DNA from: an uncultured delta proteobacterium
GTDB lineage: Bacteria; Myxococcota; UBA727; VGSZ01
Assembly: GCA_963775425.1 (NCBI GenBank)
Contig: CAVZJB010000007.1
Location: forward strand, 256,001-320,000
Direction: 5' to 3'
DNA: 64,000 nt
Of this stretch, positions 1 through 9,216 are shown piece after piece. Within the stretch, counting starts at the first letter, position 1. Each line of letters begins with the position of its first letter. A program made the translations under genes and the position numbers. Under the pieces are notes generated by a model. The model was not told the DNA's origin. It worked only from the letters and a program-made list of their open reading frames with translations, and did not search any database.

Positions 1-3000
1 GGCCTCGTAGGTGCCCGGGACCTCGTAGAGGTGCTCGGCCGACAGGCCCGCCGCCGTGGCGCCGAGGTCGACGCCCTCGTCGTCACCGAAGTAGATGAAC
101 GCGGCCACCGCGTAGTCGGCGCCGTTTTCGGGCATGCGCGACGCGGTGCCGTCGAACTGCACGAGCAGCGGCGCGGCGCCCTCGATGGGCGTGGCGGTGA
201 GCGCCGGCAGGAGCACCTTCTCGTCGTCGGGCGGGTCCACGAACGTGATGTCGAGCGCCCGCTCGTCGACGCCCCACGGGTTCACCACGTTCACCGTCGT
301 GTGGCACACGCCGGCGTTTGCCTGGTGGATGATGGCGACGCCGTTTGGCGTCACGAACAAGCAGCTCCCCCGCGGCGACTGGAACTGCATGGGCTGATCG
401 CCGCTGACGGGAACGAGGTAGGCGTTTGGGTCGAGGGCGCCGATCTCGTCGATGCGAAAGACGTAGCCGCCCGGCGGCTCCGCGATCGCGAGCGACGGCG
501 GCGCGCCCGCGCCGACGTCGACGGTGAACCGCTGCGACGCGCTGCCGCTCCGGTCGACGACGAGCAGCTCCACGTCCACCGGCCCCGCCGCCGTGGGCAT
601 CCACAAGAGTCGACCGTCGACGTTGTCGACGACCATCCCCGGCGGCGCGTCGCCGAGCGCCCACGCGAAGGGCGGCTCGCCGTCCGCCGCCGGCAGCGGG
701 CTCGCGTACACGGTCCCCACCCGCGCCGTCGTCACCGGGGTCGACGTGATGGTCGGCGCCGCGTGCGCCCCCCCTGCCGACAGCGCCGCGGCCACGGCGG
801 CGACGACGGTGCCCCGGCGGCGGACGCGCCGCCGCACCACTGTGGTCCTGCGACGGCGGCGGATCAGCGCGAGGCCGGCGAGGACGAGCGCGATCGACGG
901 CGCCGTCGACGACGTCCGCGTCGACGCGCAGCCGCCGTCGACGGCGGCGGCGGTCACGTGCACGTCGAACTCCTGGAGGTCCGCGCCCGCGCCGTTTTCG
1001 GCGACGAGCACGACGTGCTGATCGCCGACCTGGTCCGCCGACGGCGTCCACGTCAGCTTGCCGGTGTCGAAGTCGACCGCGAGCCCCTTCGGCGCGCCGA
1101 TCTTCTTTCCGTCGAGGTCCTTGCCGACGCGCCAGCCGATGGGCCGGCCGCCCTGGGCGCTCGCGCGATCGTCGGCGTCGTAGTGCCAGGCCTGCCCCGC
1201 CACGGCGGCGAGGGCCGGCGCGGACACGACGCGCGGCGCGCGCACGCCGTCGGCGCGCACCGCGATGGTCAGCACGTCGCGGCCGACGAGGCCGTCGTTG
1301 TCGGTGGCGGACAAGAGCACCGGGAAGTAGCCCGGCGTCGGGAACACCGCGTCCACCGACGCGCCCGTGCGCTGCGTGCCGTCGGGCAGCGACCACTTCA
1401 CGTCGACCACCACGCCGTCCTCGTCGCCGACGTCGGCGGTGAGCCGGACGTTCATCGGCTCGTCGCCTTCGGCGGGCGTGGCCGCGATGTGCGCCTGCGG
1501 CGGTGACAGGTCGCCGTCGCGCACGCGGACGTCGACGTCGTCGGTGCCGGTGAGTCCGTCGTCGTCGAACGCGGTCACGCGCACGTGGTAGTTGCCGGGG
1601 CGGACGTACGTGTGCGTGGGCGCGGTCTCGGACGCGAAGCTGCCGTCGCCGTAGCTCCACTGGATACCGGCGATGTGGCCGTCGGCGTCGGCGCAGTCGC
1701 AGGAGAGGTGAACCGTGAGCTGGTCGTGTCCCTCGAGCACGTCGGCGTTGATGCGCGCCGTGGGCGGCTGCCGGGCTCCGTCGAGCACCGAGATGGTGAC
1801 CTTGTCGCTGGAAAAGACCCCGTACGGGTCCCACGCCTCCACCGTGGCGGTGTAGCTGCCCGGGATGACGTAGCGGTAGCTCGCCGTGGCGCTCGCGGCG
1901 TCGCCGACGGGCGCGAGGTTGACGATGGAGCTGCCGTCGCCCGGGTTCCAGTAGTAGAGCCACAGCGGCGAGCCGGCGCTGCCGCGGCTCGGCGAAGCGT
2001 CGAACCTGACATCGAGCGGCGCGGGGCCGGTGGTGGGCGTGGCGGTGGCGGCGACCACCGTGAGGTCGTCGCCGAGGTCCACGACGTCGACGCTGAACGT
2101 GTACGTGTCGATGGTGATGCCGAGGCTCGTGACGAGGTCGAGCGTCACCGGGTACGTCCCCGCGGCCGGCGGCGTCCACAGCACGACGCGTTGGTTGCCG
2201 GCGAGGAGGAACCCGGGCGGCAGAGGCTCGCGCGGCACCACCATCAGGACGTCGCCGGGCAGCTCGTTTTCGATGTCGACGGCGTTGTCCTGATCGTACA
2301 TGTACGAGCGCCCGACGGCGGCGAACGGGTTGGCCGTGTGCGCGAGGTGCGGCAGCGTGTCCGGCGGCCGCGAGAGCACGAAGTCCTGCTCATCGCTGCC
2401 GAACGCGTTTTCGGCTTTGATGCGCACGTCGACGGGATCGGTCAGCACGGGGATCCACGTGATGGCGCCGGTGGCCACGTCGACCACCATGCCCGACGGC
2501 CCCTCCACCAAAGACCAGCGGATCTCGCCGGAGCCGACGGCGGTGGGGGCCCCGCCGGCGCCGTCATAGGTATAGGCGGCACCGACGTTGAAGATCGTCC
2601 TGGGCGTGGAGGTGATGACCGGCGGCGCGTAGACGTCGACCGCGAAGTCCTGCAGGTCCTCTCCGTCGGCGTTGTCGACGGCGATCTCGACGGGCACCGG
2701 GCCCTCGACGTCGGGGAGCCAGCTCACCAAGCCGCTCACCGGGTCCACCGTCATCCCGGGCGGCCCGTCGACGAGCCGGAAGCTCGTGCCCGTGCCCGTG
2801 GCGTTTACGCAGCCGTCGTCGTCATCGTACGCGTAGGGGGCGCCCACCACCGCGACGGTGCGCGCCACCGACGCCACCCGCGGCGCGCCCAGGCCCGCGC
2901 GCACCGTGACGGTCACCGTGTCGGGCGCGCTGGTGAAGGCGCCGTCGCTCACGGTGAGCGCGAAGGAGACAGCGACGTCGCTGAGCACGACGGGCGCGGT

Positions 3001-4806
3001 GAACGTGGGCTGCGCGGCGGAGGCATCGTCGAGGACCACGGGCGGGCCGGCGGTCTGCGCCCAAGAAAACAGGAGGGGCGTGCCGTCGGGGTCGCTGGAG
3101 CCGGAGCCATCGAGCGCGACGGTGCTGCCGGGCGCGGCGTCGGCGTCGGTGCCGGCGCTCGCGGTGGGCGGGGCATTGGCGGCGTCGGTGACGATGACGT
3201 CGACGGTGTCCGTGTCGGTGAGCGCGCCGTCGTCGACGGTGAGCGTGAAGGTGAGCGTGACGCCCGCGGGCGGCGCGACGAAGCGCGGCGCCGGCGACGA
3301 CGGATCATCGAGCGTGACGGGCGGGCCGGCGATCTGCGTCCAGGTGAAGGCGAGCGCGGTGCCGTCCGGGTCGGCGCTGGCGCTGCCGTCGAGGGAGGCC
3401 ACGGTGTTTTCGACGGCGACGAAGTCCGCGCCGGCGTCGGCGACGGGGGCGTCGTTGAGCGCGTCGATGACGGTGACGTGGACGACGGCCGTGTCGGTGT
3501 TGATGCCGTCGCTCACGAGGAGAGTGAACGTGAGCACGGTGTCGGCGGTGACGGTGGGCGCGGTGAACTGCGGCGTGGCCGACGACGGATTGTCGAGCGT
3601 GACCGCCGGGCCCGCCGTCTGCGTCCACGTGAACGACAGCGCCGTGCCGTCGGGATCGGACGACGCGCTGCCGTCGAGGCTGACGACGCTCGTCTCGTCG
3701 ACGCTCTGATCGGGGCCCGCGTCGGCGACGGGCGGGCCGCCTGCCTGGAGGTCGAGCGTCCAGGTCTCGTCGGAGTACACCGACGAGGTGCCGCCGATCA
3801 CCCGGCCACCGAACATCACCACCTTGCCGAGCAACGGCGAGTACGCCGTGCCCGGATCGTCGATGGTGCCGCGGTCGAGGTCCACGAGCTGCTGCTGCGT
3901 CCACGCCTGTGTCTGCGGGTCGTAGGTGAAGGCGCCGCCGAGGAGCGTGTCGACGTCCTGGCCGCCGTAGACGAGCATCTTGCCGTCGGCGTCGTCGAAG
4001 GCCGCGGCGCAGAAGCCGCGCGCTTCGGGAGGGTTGCTCGCGTTCACCAAGGTCCACGCGAGCGTGTCGACGTCGAGCTCCCACGTCTGGTTGTCCATCA
4101 CCGCGGCGGTGCCGACGTAGCCAGTCTGTCCGCCGAAGACGATGAGCTTGTGGCGGGCGGCGTCGTAGGCGCTGCAGGTGGCGGCGCGCGCGGCGGGCGG
4201 CGTGCCGGTGGTGGTGACCTGCGTCCACACCGCCGTGCCGGCGGCGGCGTCGACGCTCAGGCGCCACACGTCGTTGAAGAAGCCGCCGGTGACGTTTCCG
4301 CCGAAGCCCTGCGGCTCGATGTTCCAGCCGCCGAAGAGGATGAAGTCGCCGCGGTGCGGGACGTACTTGAAGACGCCGAAGCCGCGAGGAGAAGGCGCGG
4401 TGCCGCCGGTGTCGAGCGACGTCCACGCCGACGTCGTCGGGTTGAACGCGTAGAGGTCGTTGAGGTGCTCGAAGCGGATGCCGAGGTTGTGGAAGCCGCC
4501 GAAGAGGACGCCGCGATCCGCAGCTTCGTCCCACTCGAACACGTGCTGATCGCGCGGCGACGGCGTGTTCGTCGACGTCACTTGCGTCCATGTGAGGGCG
4601 GCGGTGTCGAAGCGCCAGAGATCGCCGAGCCAGTTGCCGCCGAAGCCGGCGAAGCACCACATCTGCTCGCGATCGGCGAGCGGCTCGAGCGCGCCGCCGC
4701 ACGAGCGACGCGGCGACGGCTTCGAGCTCGGGGTCAATTGATCGAAGTCGACCTGCGCGAGCGCAGGGCCGGAGAACGCGAGCGCGAAGAGCCACGCGAA
4801 GCGCAT
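1..4806 (-). CDS. Large secreted surface protein (3' partial): Kelch beta-propeller, PKD/Ig-like repeats, internal MYXO-CTERM-like anchor, then a second signal peptide and further Ig/PKD domains
   Basis: Translated by hand from ATG at 4806: MRFAWLFALAFSGPALA|QVDF signal peptide, Kelch motifs (FAGFGGNWLGDLWRFD, VLFGGF), ADAGPDQ...LDGSASSDPDG PKD-type repeats. No ORF in this frame appears in the track, consistent with an open frame running off the window edge. Confidence 0.9.
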   Translation of the reverse strand, partial: MRFAWLFALAFSGPALAQVDFDQLTPSSKPSPRRSCGGALEPLADREQMWCFAGFGGNWLGDLWRFDTAALTWTQVTSTNTPSPRDQHVFEWDEAADRGVLFGGFHNLGIRFEHLNDLYAFNPTTSAWTSLDTGGTAPSPRGFGVFKYVPHRGDFILFGGWNIEPQGFGGNVTGGFFNDVWRLSVDAAAGTAVWTQVTTTGTPPAARAATCSAYDAARHKLIVFGGQTGYVGTAAVMDNQTWELDVDTLAWTLVNASNPPEARGFCAAAFDDADGKMLVYGGQDVDTLLGGAFTYDPQTQAWTQQQLVDLDRGTIDDPGTAYSPLLGKVVMFGGRVIGGTSSVYSDETWTLDLQAGGPPVADAGPDQSVDETSVVSLDGSASSDPDGTALSFTWTQTAGPAVTLDNPSSATPQFTAPTVTADTVLTFTLLVSDGINTDTAVVHVTVIDALNDAPVADAGADFVAVENTVASLDGSASADPDGTALAFTWTQIAGPPVTLDDPSSPAPRFVAPPAGVTLTFTLTVDDGALTDTDTVDVIVTDAANAPPTASAGTDADAAPGSTVALDGSGSSDPDGTPLLFSWAQTAGPPVVLDDASAAQPTFTAPVVLSDVAVSFALTVSDGAFTSAPDTVTVTVRAGLGAPRVASVARTVAVVGAPYAYDDDDGCVNATGTGTSFRLVDGPPGMTVDPVSGLVSWLPDVEGPVPVEIAVDNADGEDLQDFAVDVYAPPVITSTPRTIFNVGAAYTYDGAGGAPTAVGSGEIRWSLVEGPSGMVVDVATGAITWIPVLTDPVDVRIKAENAFGSDEQDFVLSRPPDTLPHLAHTANPFAAVGRSYMYDQDNAVDIENELPGDVLMVVPREPLPPGFLLAGNQRVVLWTPPAAGTYPVTLDLVTSLGITIDTYTFSVDVVDLGDDLTVVAATATPTTGPAPLDVRFDASPSRGSAGSPLWLYYWNPGDGSSIVNLAPVGDAASATASYRYVIPGSYTATVEAWDPYGVFSSDKVTISVLDGARQPPTARINADVLEGHDQLTVHLSCDCADADGHIAGIQWSYGDGSFASETAPTHTYVRPGNYHVRVTAFDDDGLTGTDDVDVRVRDGDLSPPQAHIAATPAEGDEPMNVRLTADVGDEDGVVVDVKWSLPDGTQRTGASVDAVFPTPGYFPVLLSATDNDGLVGRDVLTIAVRADGVRAPRVVSAPALAAVAGQAWHYDADDRASAQGGRPIGWRVGKDLDGKKIGAPKGLAVDFDTGKLTWTPSADQVGDQHVVLVAENGAGADLQEFDVHVTAAAVDGGCASTRTSSTAPSIALVLAGLALIRRRRRTTVVRRRVRRRGTVVAAVAAALSAGGAHAAPTITSTPVTTARVGTVYASPLPAADGEPPFAWALGDAPPGMVVDNVDGRLLWMPTAAGPVDVELLVVDRSGSASQRFTVDVGAGAPPSLAIAEPPGGYVFRIDEIGALDPNAYLVPVSGDQPMQFQSPRGSCLFVTPNGVAIIHQANAGVCHTTVNVVNPWGVDERALDITFVDPPDDEKVLLPALTATPIEGAAPLLVQFDGTASRMPENGADYAVAAFIYFGDDEGVDLGATAAGLSAEHLYEVPGTYEA

Positions 4807-4848
4807 CCGGGAATCGTACGTCGCCGCGCGCGTGCGCAGCGGAGTGTC

Positions 4849-6498
4849 TCACTCGAGGCGGAACACGAGCTTGCTCGTCTCGTTCACACGCACATCGATG
4901 ACTTTGTGGTCGCTCTTGTGGCTCGGCGGGTTGATGACGTCGACGGTGTGCTCTCCGATGGTCAGCGCGTGTCCTCGCAGCGGAGAGCGCAAGCCGGCTT
5001 TGCCGTCGATGGTGATGTCGCACCACGGCAGACACGCGACCTCAAGAGAGCCCATCGCCTCCTTGCCCTTGCGGCTCACACGATCTCCGTGCGTCGCGTG
5101 CGACGGCGCCGTCGTCGCCGCGGGCGCGGTCGTCGCCGCAGACGTCGCCGCGGGCGCGGGCGGCGCCGTCGTCGCGGGCGGCGCCGTCGTCGCGGGCGGC
5201 GCCGTCGTCGCGGGCGGCGCCGTCGTCGCGGGCGGCGCCGTCGTCGCGGGCGGCGCCGTCGTCGCGGGCGGCGCCGTCGTCGCGGGCGGCGCCGTCGTCG
5301 CGGGCGGCGCCGGGGCCACCATCGTCGACGCGGCGGCGTCGGGCTCGTCCACCGGCGCGCGCGCCCACAGGCCCACCGCCGCGGCGACGACGAGGACGCC
5401 GGCACCGGCGGCCCAGGGCCAGGCCGGACGGGCGCCCTCGGCGGCGGGCGCGACGACGACGGTGGCGGTGTCGGGCACCGTCGGGGTCGGCTTCGTCGGC
5501 GTCACCCGGCGCGTGGGCGCCTCGGTGTCCGCCTCGAGCACCGAGCGCGCCGGCTCCGCGCGCGCCTCCGCCGCGATCGACGCGAGCTCCTTGCGCGCGG
5601 CTTCGACGTCGACGGGGAACGCGGCGAGCAGCGTGTCGGCGAACGCAGCGCAGTCGGGGAACCGCCCCGCCGGGTCGCGCGAGACGGCGCGCAGGCACGC
5701 CGCCTTGATGTCGGGCAGGGCGGCGGCGTCGTCGAGCTGCTGGCCGATGTCGTCCATGCGCCCGTCGAGCACCGCCTTGATGACGTCGATCTCGCTCTGC
5801 CCGCCGTACACGCGCTTGCCGGTGAGCATCTCCACCACCACCAGGCCGGCGGCGTATTGATCCGTGCGTGCGTCGAGGATCTTGGCCTCGACCTGCTCCG
5901 GCGCCATGTACGTGAGCTTCCCTTTGAGCACGCCGGTCTCGGTCTTGTGCAGCCGATCCGCTGCGTGGGCCACACCGAAGTCGACCAGCTTCACGTCGCC
6001 GTGCACCGACACCAACACGTTGTGCGGGCTCACGTCGCGATGGACGATCGACAGCGGGCTCCCGTCGTCGGCCTTGGCCTTGTGCGCGTGGTCGAGCGCA
6101 CGCAACAGGCCCATGCCCGCGAACAGCGCCGCCCCCTGCGACAACCGCCGCTCGTGCCGCGCGAGGAAGCCGAGGATCTTCGACAGCGCGATCCCTTCGA
6201 CGAGCTCCATCACGATGAAGTACGCGCCGTCGACGCAGCCGCACTGGATCACCTGCGCGATGTTCGGGTGCGACAGGCGCGCGGCGATGCGCGCTTCGTC
6301 GAGCAACATCTCCACGAAGCGCGCGTCGCTCGTGTGCTCCGGCAGGATGCGCTTGATGGCCACCTCGCGCTTGAAGCCGCCGAGGCCGCGGATCTCGGCG
6401 CGGTGGATCTCCGCCATGCCGCCGGCGGCGATCTTCTCGATGAGGAAGTATTCGCCGAACGGCGTTCCCCGCTCGGGCGCGCCCTTGCTCGTGCTCAT
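4849..6498 (-). CDS. Membrane Ser/Thr protein kinase with low-complexity linker and PEGA-like C-terminal domain
   Basis: GGMAEI, VAIKRI, VHRDVSPHN, VDFGVA and YMAPEQ motifs; TM segment (WAAGAGVLVVAAAVGLW); C-terminal PWCDITIDG. Confidence 0.93.
   Translation of the reverse strand: MSTSKGAPERGTPFGEYFLIEKIAAGGMAEIHRAEIRGLGGFKREVAIKRILPEHTSDARFVEMLLDEARIAARLSHPNIAQVIQCGCVDGAYFIVMELVEGIALSKILGFLARHERRLSQGAALFAGMGLLRALDHAHKAKADDGSPLSIVHRDVSPHNVLVSVHGDVKLVDFGVAHAADRLHKTETGVLKGKLTYMAPEQVEAKILDARTDQYAAGLVVVEMLTGKRVYGGQSEIDVIKAVLDGRMDDIGQQLDDAAALPDIKAACLRAVSRDPAGRFPDCAAFADTLLAAFPVDVEAARKELASIAAEARAEPARSVLEADTEAPTRRVTPTKPTPTVPDTATVVVAPAAEGARPAWPWAAGAGVLVVAAAVGLWARAPVDEPDAAASTMVAPAPPATTAPPATTAPPATTAPPATTAPPATTAPPATTAPPATTAPPATTAPPAPAATSAATTAPAATTAPSHATHGDRVSRKGKEAMGSLEVACLPWCDITIDGKAGLRSPLRGHALTIGEHTVDVINPPSHKSDHKVIDVRVNETSKLVFRLE
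5155..5311. repeat. Perfect 18-bp coding tandem repeat, about 8.7 copies (TTAPPA)
   Basis: Unit cgcgggcggcgccgtcgt repeated in phase within the kinase linker. Confidence 0.95.
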
Positions 6499-6548
6499 GC
6501 TTTGGGGAAGGTAGCGCGCGGGGTCGACCGTTAGTAGCGTCGCACCGC

Positions 6549-7697
6549 ATGGAACACGCGTCGTGGCGCGAGGTGAGCGCGAAGGCCCTGCAGCACAACG
6601 TGCGCACGCTGCGGGCGCTCGCCGGTGACGCGCGGCTCGGCGTCGTCGTGAAGGCCGACGCCTACGGCCACGGCCTCGTCCACGTGGCGCCCGCGCTGGT
6701 GGCCGCGGGCGTCGATTGGTTGGTGGTCAACTTCGCCCACGAGGCGCAAGCGGTCCGCGCCCTGCCCCGCTGCGCCGACGTCCCTGTGTACGTGTGCGGC
6801 ACCGTCTTTCCCCACGAGGCCGCCGCCGTCGTCGACGCGCGTGCGCGCACGGTGATCTACGACGGCGAGGTCGCGCAGGCGCTCGACGCCGCGTCCCGCG
6901 CCGCCGGCGTCGTCACCCCCGTTCACGTCAAGATCGAGACGGGCACCCACCGCCAGGGCCTCGAGCTCCCCGCCGCGCTCGGCCTCGCCCGCTTCGCGCG
7001 CTCGTTGCCCGGCCTCGTCGTCGAGGGCATCACCACGCACTTCGCCGACATCGAGGACTCCACCGACCACCGCTTCGCCGACGCGCAGTGGCGCGCGCTG
7101 CAGGAGGCGCGCGCGGCGTTCGCCGCCGAGACGGAGGCGCCGCTCCTCGTGCACGCGGCCAACTCCGCCGCCACCATCCTCGAGAAGAAGACCCACGCCG
7201 ACCTCGTCCGCGCGGGCATCGCGGCCTACGGGCTGTGGCCATCGAAGGAGACGCTGGCCGCCTGGCGCGAGCGGCACACGGGCGAGGCGCCGGCGCTCTC
7301 CGCGGTGCTGTCGTGGCGCGCGCGCCTCGCCCAGGTGAAGGACGTCCCCGCCGGCGCCTACGTCGGCTACGGGCGCACCTACCGGACCACGCGCGCCTCG
7401 CGCATCGGCATCCTCCCGATCGGCTACCACGAGGGGTACGACCGCCGCCTCTCCAACAGCGCGCACGCCCTCGTCGCCGGCATGCGCGCCCCCGTGCGCG
7501 GCCGCGTGTGCATGAACATGACCATGATCGACGTCACCGACGTTCCCTCCGCCAAGGCCGGCGACGTCGCCACGCTCCTGGGCGCCGACGGCGACGAGCG
7601 CGTCACCGCCGAGCAGCTCGCGTCGTGGATGGGGAGCATCCACTACGAGGTCGTCAGCCGCATCCACCCGGGCCAGCCCGCGCTGCTCACCGCCTGA
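6549..7697 (+). CDS. alr: Alanine racemase
   Basis: VVKADAYGHG PLP-lysine motif, VHVKIETG, VGYG, GRVCMN. Confidence 0.96.
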   Translation: MEHASWREVSAKALQHNVRTLRALAGDARLGVVVKADAYGHGLVHVAPALVAAGVDWLVVNFAHEAQAVRALPRCADVPVYVCGTVFPHEAAAVVDARARTVIYDGEVAQALDAASRAAGVVTPVHVKIETGTHRQGLELPAALGLARFARSLPGLVVEGITTHFADIEDSTDHRFADAQWRALQEARAAFAAETEAPLLVHAANSAATILEKKTHADLVRAGIAAYGLWPSKETLAAWRERHTGEAPALSAVLSWRARLAQVKDVPAGAYVGYGRTYRTTRASRIGILPIGYHEGYDRRLSNSAHALVAGMRAPVRGRVCMNMTMIDVTDVPSAKAGDVATLLGADGDERVTAEQLASWMGSIHYEVVSRIHPGQPALLTA

Positions 7698-7757
7698 TCC
7701 GCGCGGCCGCTCCTCCGGTCGCTGATCCCACGCGGCCGCTCCCTCCGGTCCTGATCC
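7694..7757. repeat. Short intergenic tandem repeat (28-29 bp, about 2.2 copies)
   Basis: ctgatcc..cgcggccgct..cctccggtc units starting at 7694, 7722 and 7751. Confidence 0.7.
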
Positions 7758-7795
7758 GGAGAGAACTTCAGGCCGGCGCGCCCGTTCAACAGGGC

Positions 7796-8425
7796 ATGCC
7801 GCGCACCCTCAAGGTCTTCCAAGACGACTCCCTCCTCGATGACATCCAGGTCGCCTCGCCGTGCCCCGCCCTGTGGAGCGACATGGTCGGGTCGGACACT
7901 GTGCGCTTCTGTGCGTCCTGCCAGAAGAACGTCTTCAACCTCTCGGGCATGAGGCGCGACGAGGCCCTCGACCTCCTGCGCGCCACCGAGGGGCGGGTCT
8001 GCGTCCGCTTCTATCGCCGCGCCGACGGCACGGTGCTCACCGAGGACTGCCCCGTCGGCGTCGCCGCCGTGCTGCGCCGCGCCAAACGCATGACCCTCGC
8101 CGCCGCCGCCGTCTCCCTCGGCGCCGTCGCCGCCGTGCTCGCGGTCCTCGGCGGCGCGTTCATGACGCGCACCTGCCGCCGCATCGACGACGCGCGCACG
8201 CGCATCGAGGACGTGATGCCCGACGACGGCGACGGCGGCCTCACCGGCAAGCTGGTCACCCGCCCGCCCGAGGTCGAGCAGGGCGGCGCCGTCCCCGTGC
8301 TGGGGGAGGCGGTGGCGCCCCCTGCCCCGCCGCCGCCCACCATGGGCAAGCCCAGGCTGCCGCCCCGGCAGGACGGCGTGGCTGTGTTCCCCCCGCCGCG
8401 CGATCGAAACATGGTGACGCGCTGA
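7796..8425 (+). CDS. Hypothetical membrane protein with Cys-rich N-terminal domain
   Basis: ATG at 7796 in the frame of the 6716..8425 ORF; PCxxxWxxMxG...RFCxxCxKNVFN...CVRF...DC motif, one TM segment, Pro-rich tail. Confidence 0.8.
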   Translation: MPRTLKVFQDDSLLDDIQVASPCPALWSDMVGSDTVRFCASCQKNVFNLSGMRRDEALDLLRATEGRVCVRFYRRADGTVLTEDCPVGVAAVLRRAKRMTLAAAAVSLGAVAAVLAVLGGAFMTRTCRRIDDARTRIEDVMPDDGDGGLTGKLVTRPPEVEQGGAVPVLGEAVAPPAPPPPTMGKPRLPPRQDGVAVFPPPRDRNMVTR

Positions 8426-8502
8426 GCCACCCGCTCCTCGACGTCGAGCCGCGGCGCGCCGGGTCGTCCTTTCGTCGGTGACGACGAAAAACAGAGCGTC
8501 TC

Positions 8503-9192
8503 GTGCGTGCGCGGCTGCAACCCGAACGTCACACTGAAGATGTGGCCGGCTTCGAGATCCTCTTCACGTTCTTCCTGCTGGCCGCCGGCGGGGCGGCCGC
8601 GTTGGCGATGACGGCCGTCATCGGAGAGCGCCGCAAGCGCCGCTTCGTCGCGCGCGTCGCCGCGGGGCTCGACACGCAGGTCCTCGACGTGGAGAGCGGC
8701 GACATCACCATGCCGCTGTCGTTCACCGTCTGCGGGGTGCGCATCCACGCCGCCGTGCGCGGCGACGTCGAGGTCTGGCAGCTCGAGCGCGCCGATCGCT
8801 CCTTCGCGCAGCCGCCGTTCGCGGTCGTCTACCGCGATTGGCTCGCGCCCGACGCGCGCGGGCTCGCCCCCGTCGGCGACCTCACCTCGCGCCTGCTCGT
8901 CTACGGCGGCGACACCGACAGCGCGCGCGGCATCCTGGCCGCCGCGAGAGCCCAGCTCGCCAACGTGCTCGGCCGCCGCACCCGGCGCTGCCTCATCGGC
9001 GACGGACGGGCGTTCCTCGAAGTCACCCGGCGCGGCCTCGCCGTCGACGATCTCAAGGACGCCATCCTGCGGCTCGACGCCTTGCTGGCGGTGCTCGCCG
9101 GCGGCGACGCGCTCGGCCTCCTGCCCCCGTCCGCGGGCGGCGCCGCCGTCGCGGGCCCGCGTGGAATTCCGATCCCGGCGTTGACCGGATGA
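8503..9192 (+). CDS. Hypothetical membrane protein
   Basis: N-terminal TM segment, high-GC3 codon usage; the start may be the GTG at 8542. Confidence 0.7.
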   Translation: MRARLQPERHTEDVAGFEILFTFFLLAAGGAAALAMTAVIGERRKRRFVARVAAGLDTQVLDVESGDITMPLSFTVCGVRIHAAVRGDVEVWQLERADRSFAQPPFAVVYRDWLAPDARGLAPVGDLTSRLLVYGGDTDSARGILAAARAQLANVLGRRTRRCLIGDGRAFLEVTRRGLAVDDLKDAILRLDALLAVLAGGDALGLLPPSAGGAAVAGPRGIPIPALTG

Positions 9193-9216
9193 TCCGATCC
9201 CTGCGAGCGTGCGCCC

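Noticed and set aside
1585-6534. Very long plus-strand ORF and similar antisense ORFs (e.g. 25129..28383, 44795..47821, 50102..53962)
   Set aside because: Shadow frames of real genes in high-GC DNA; Arg/Val-rich with no motifs
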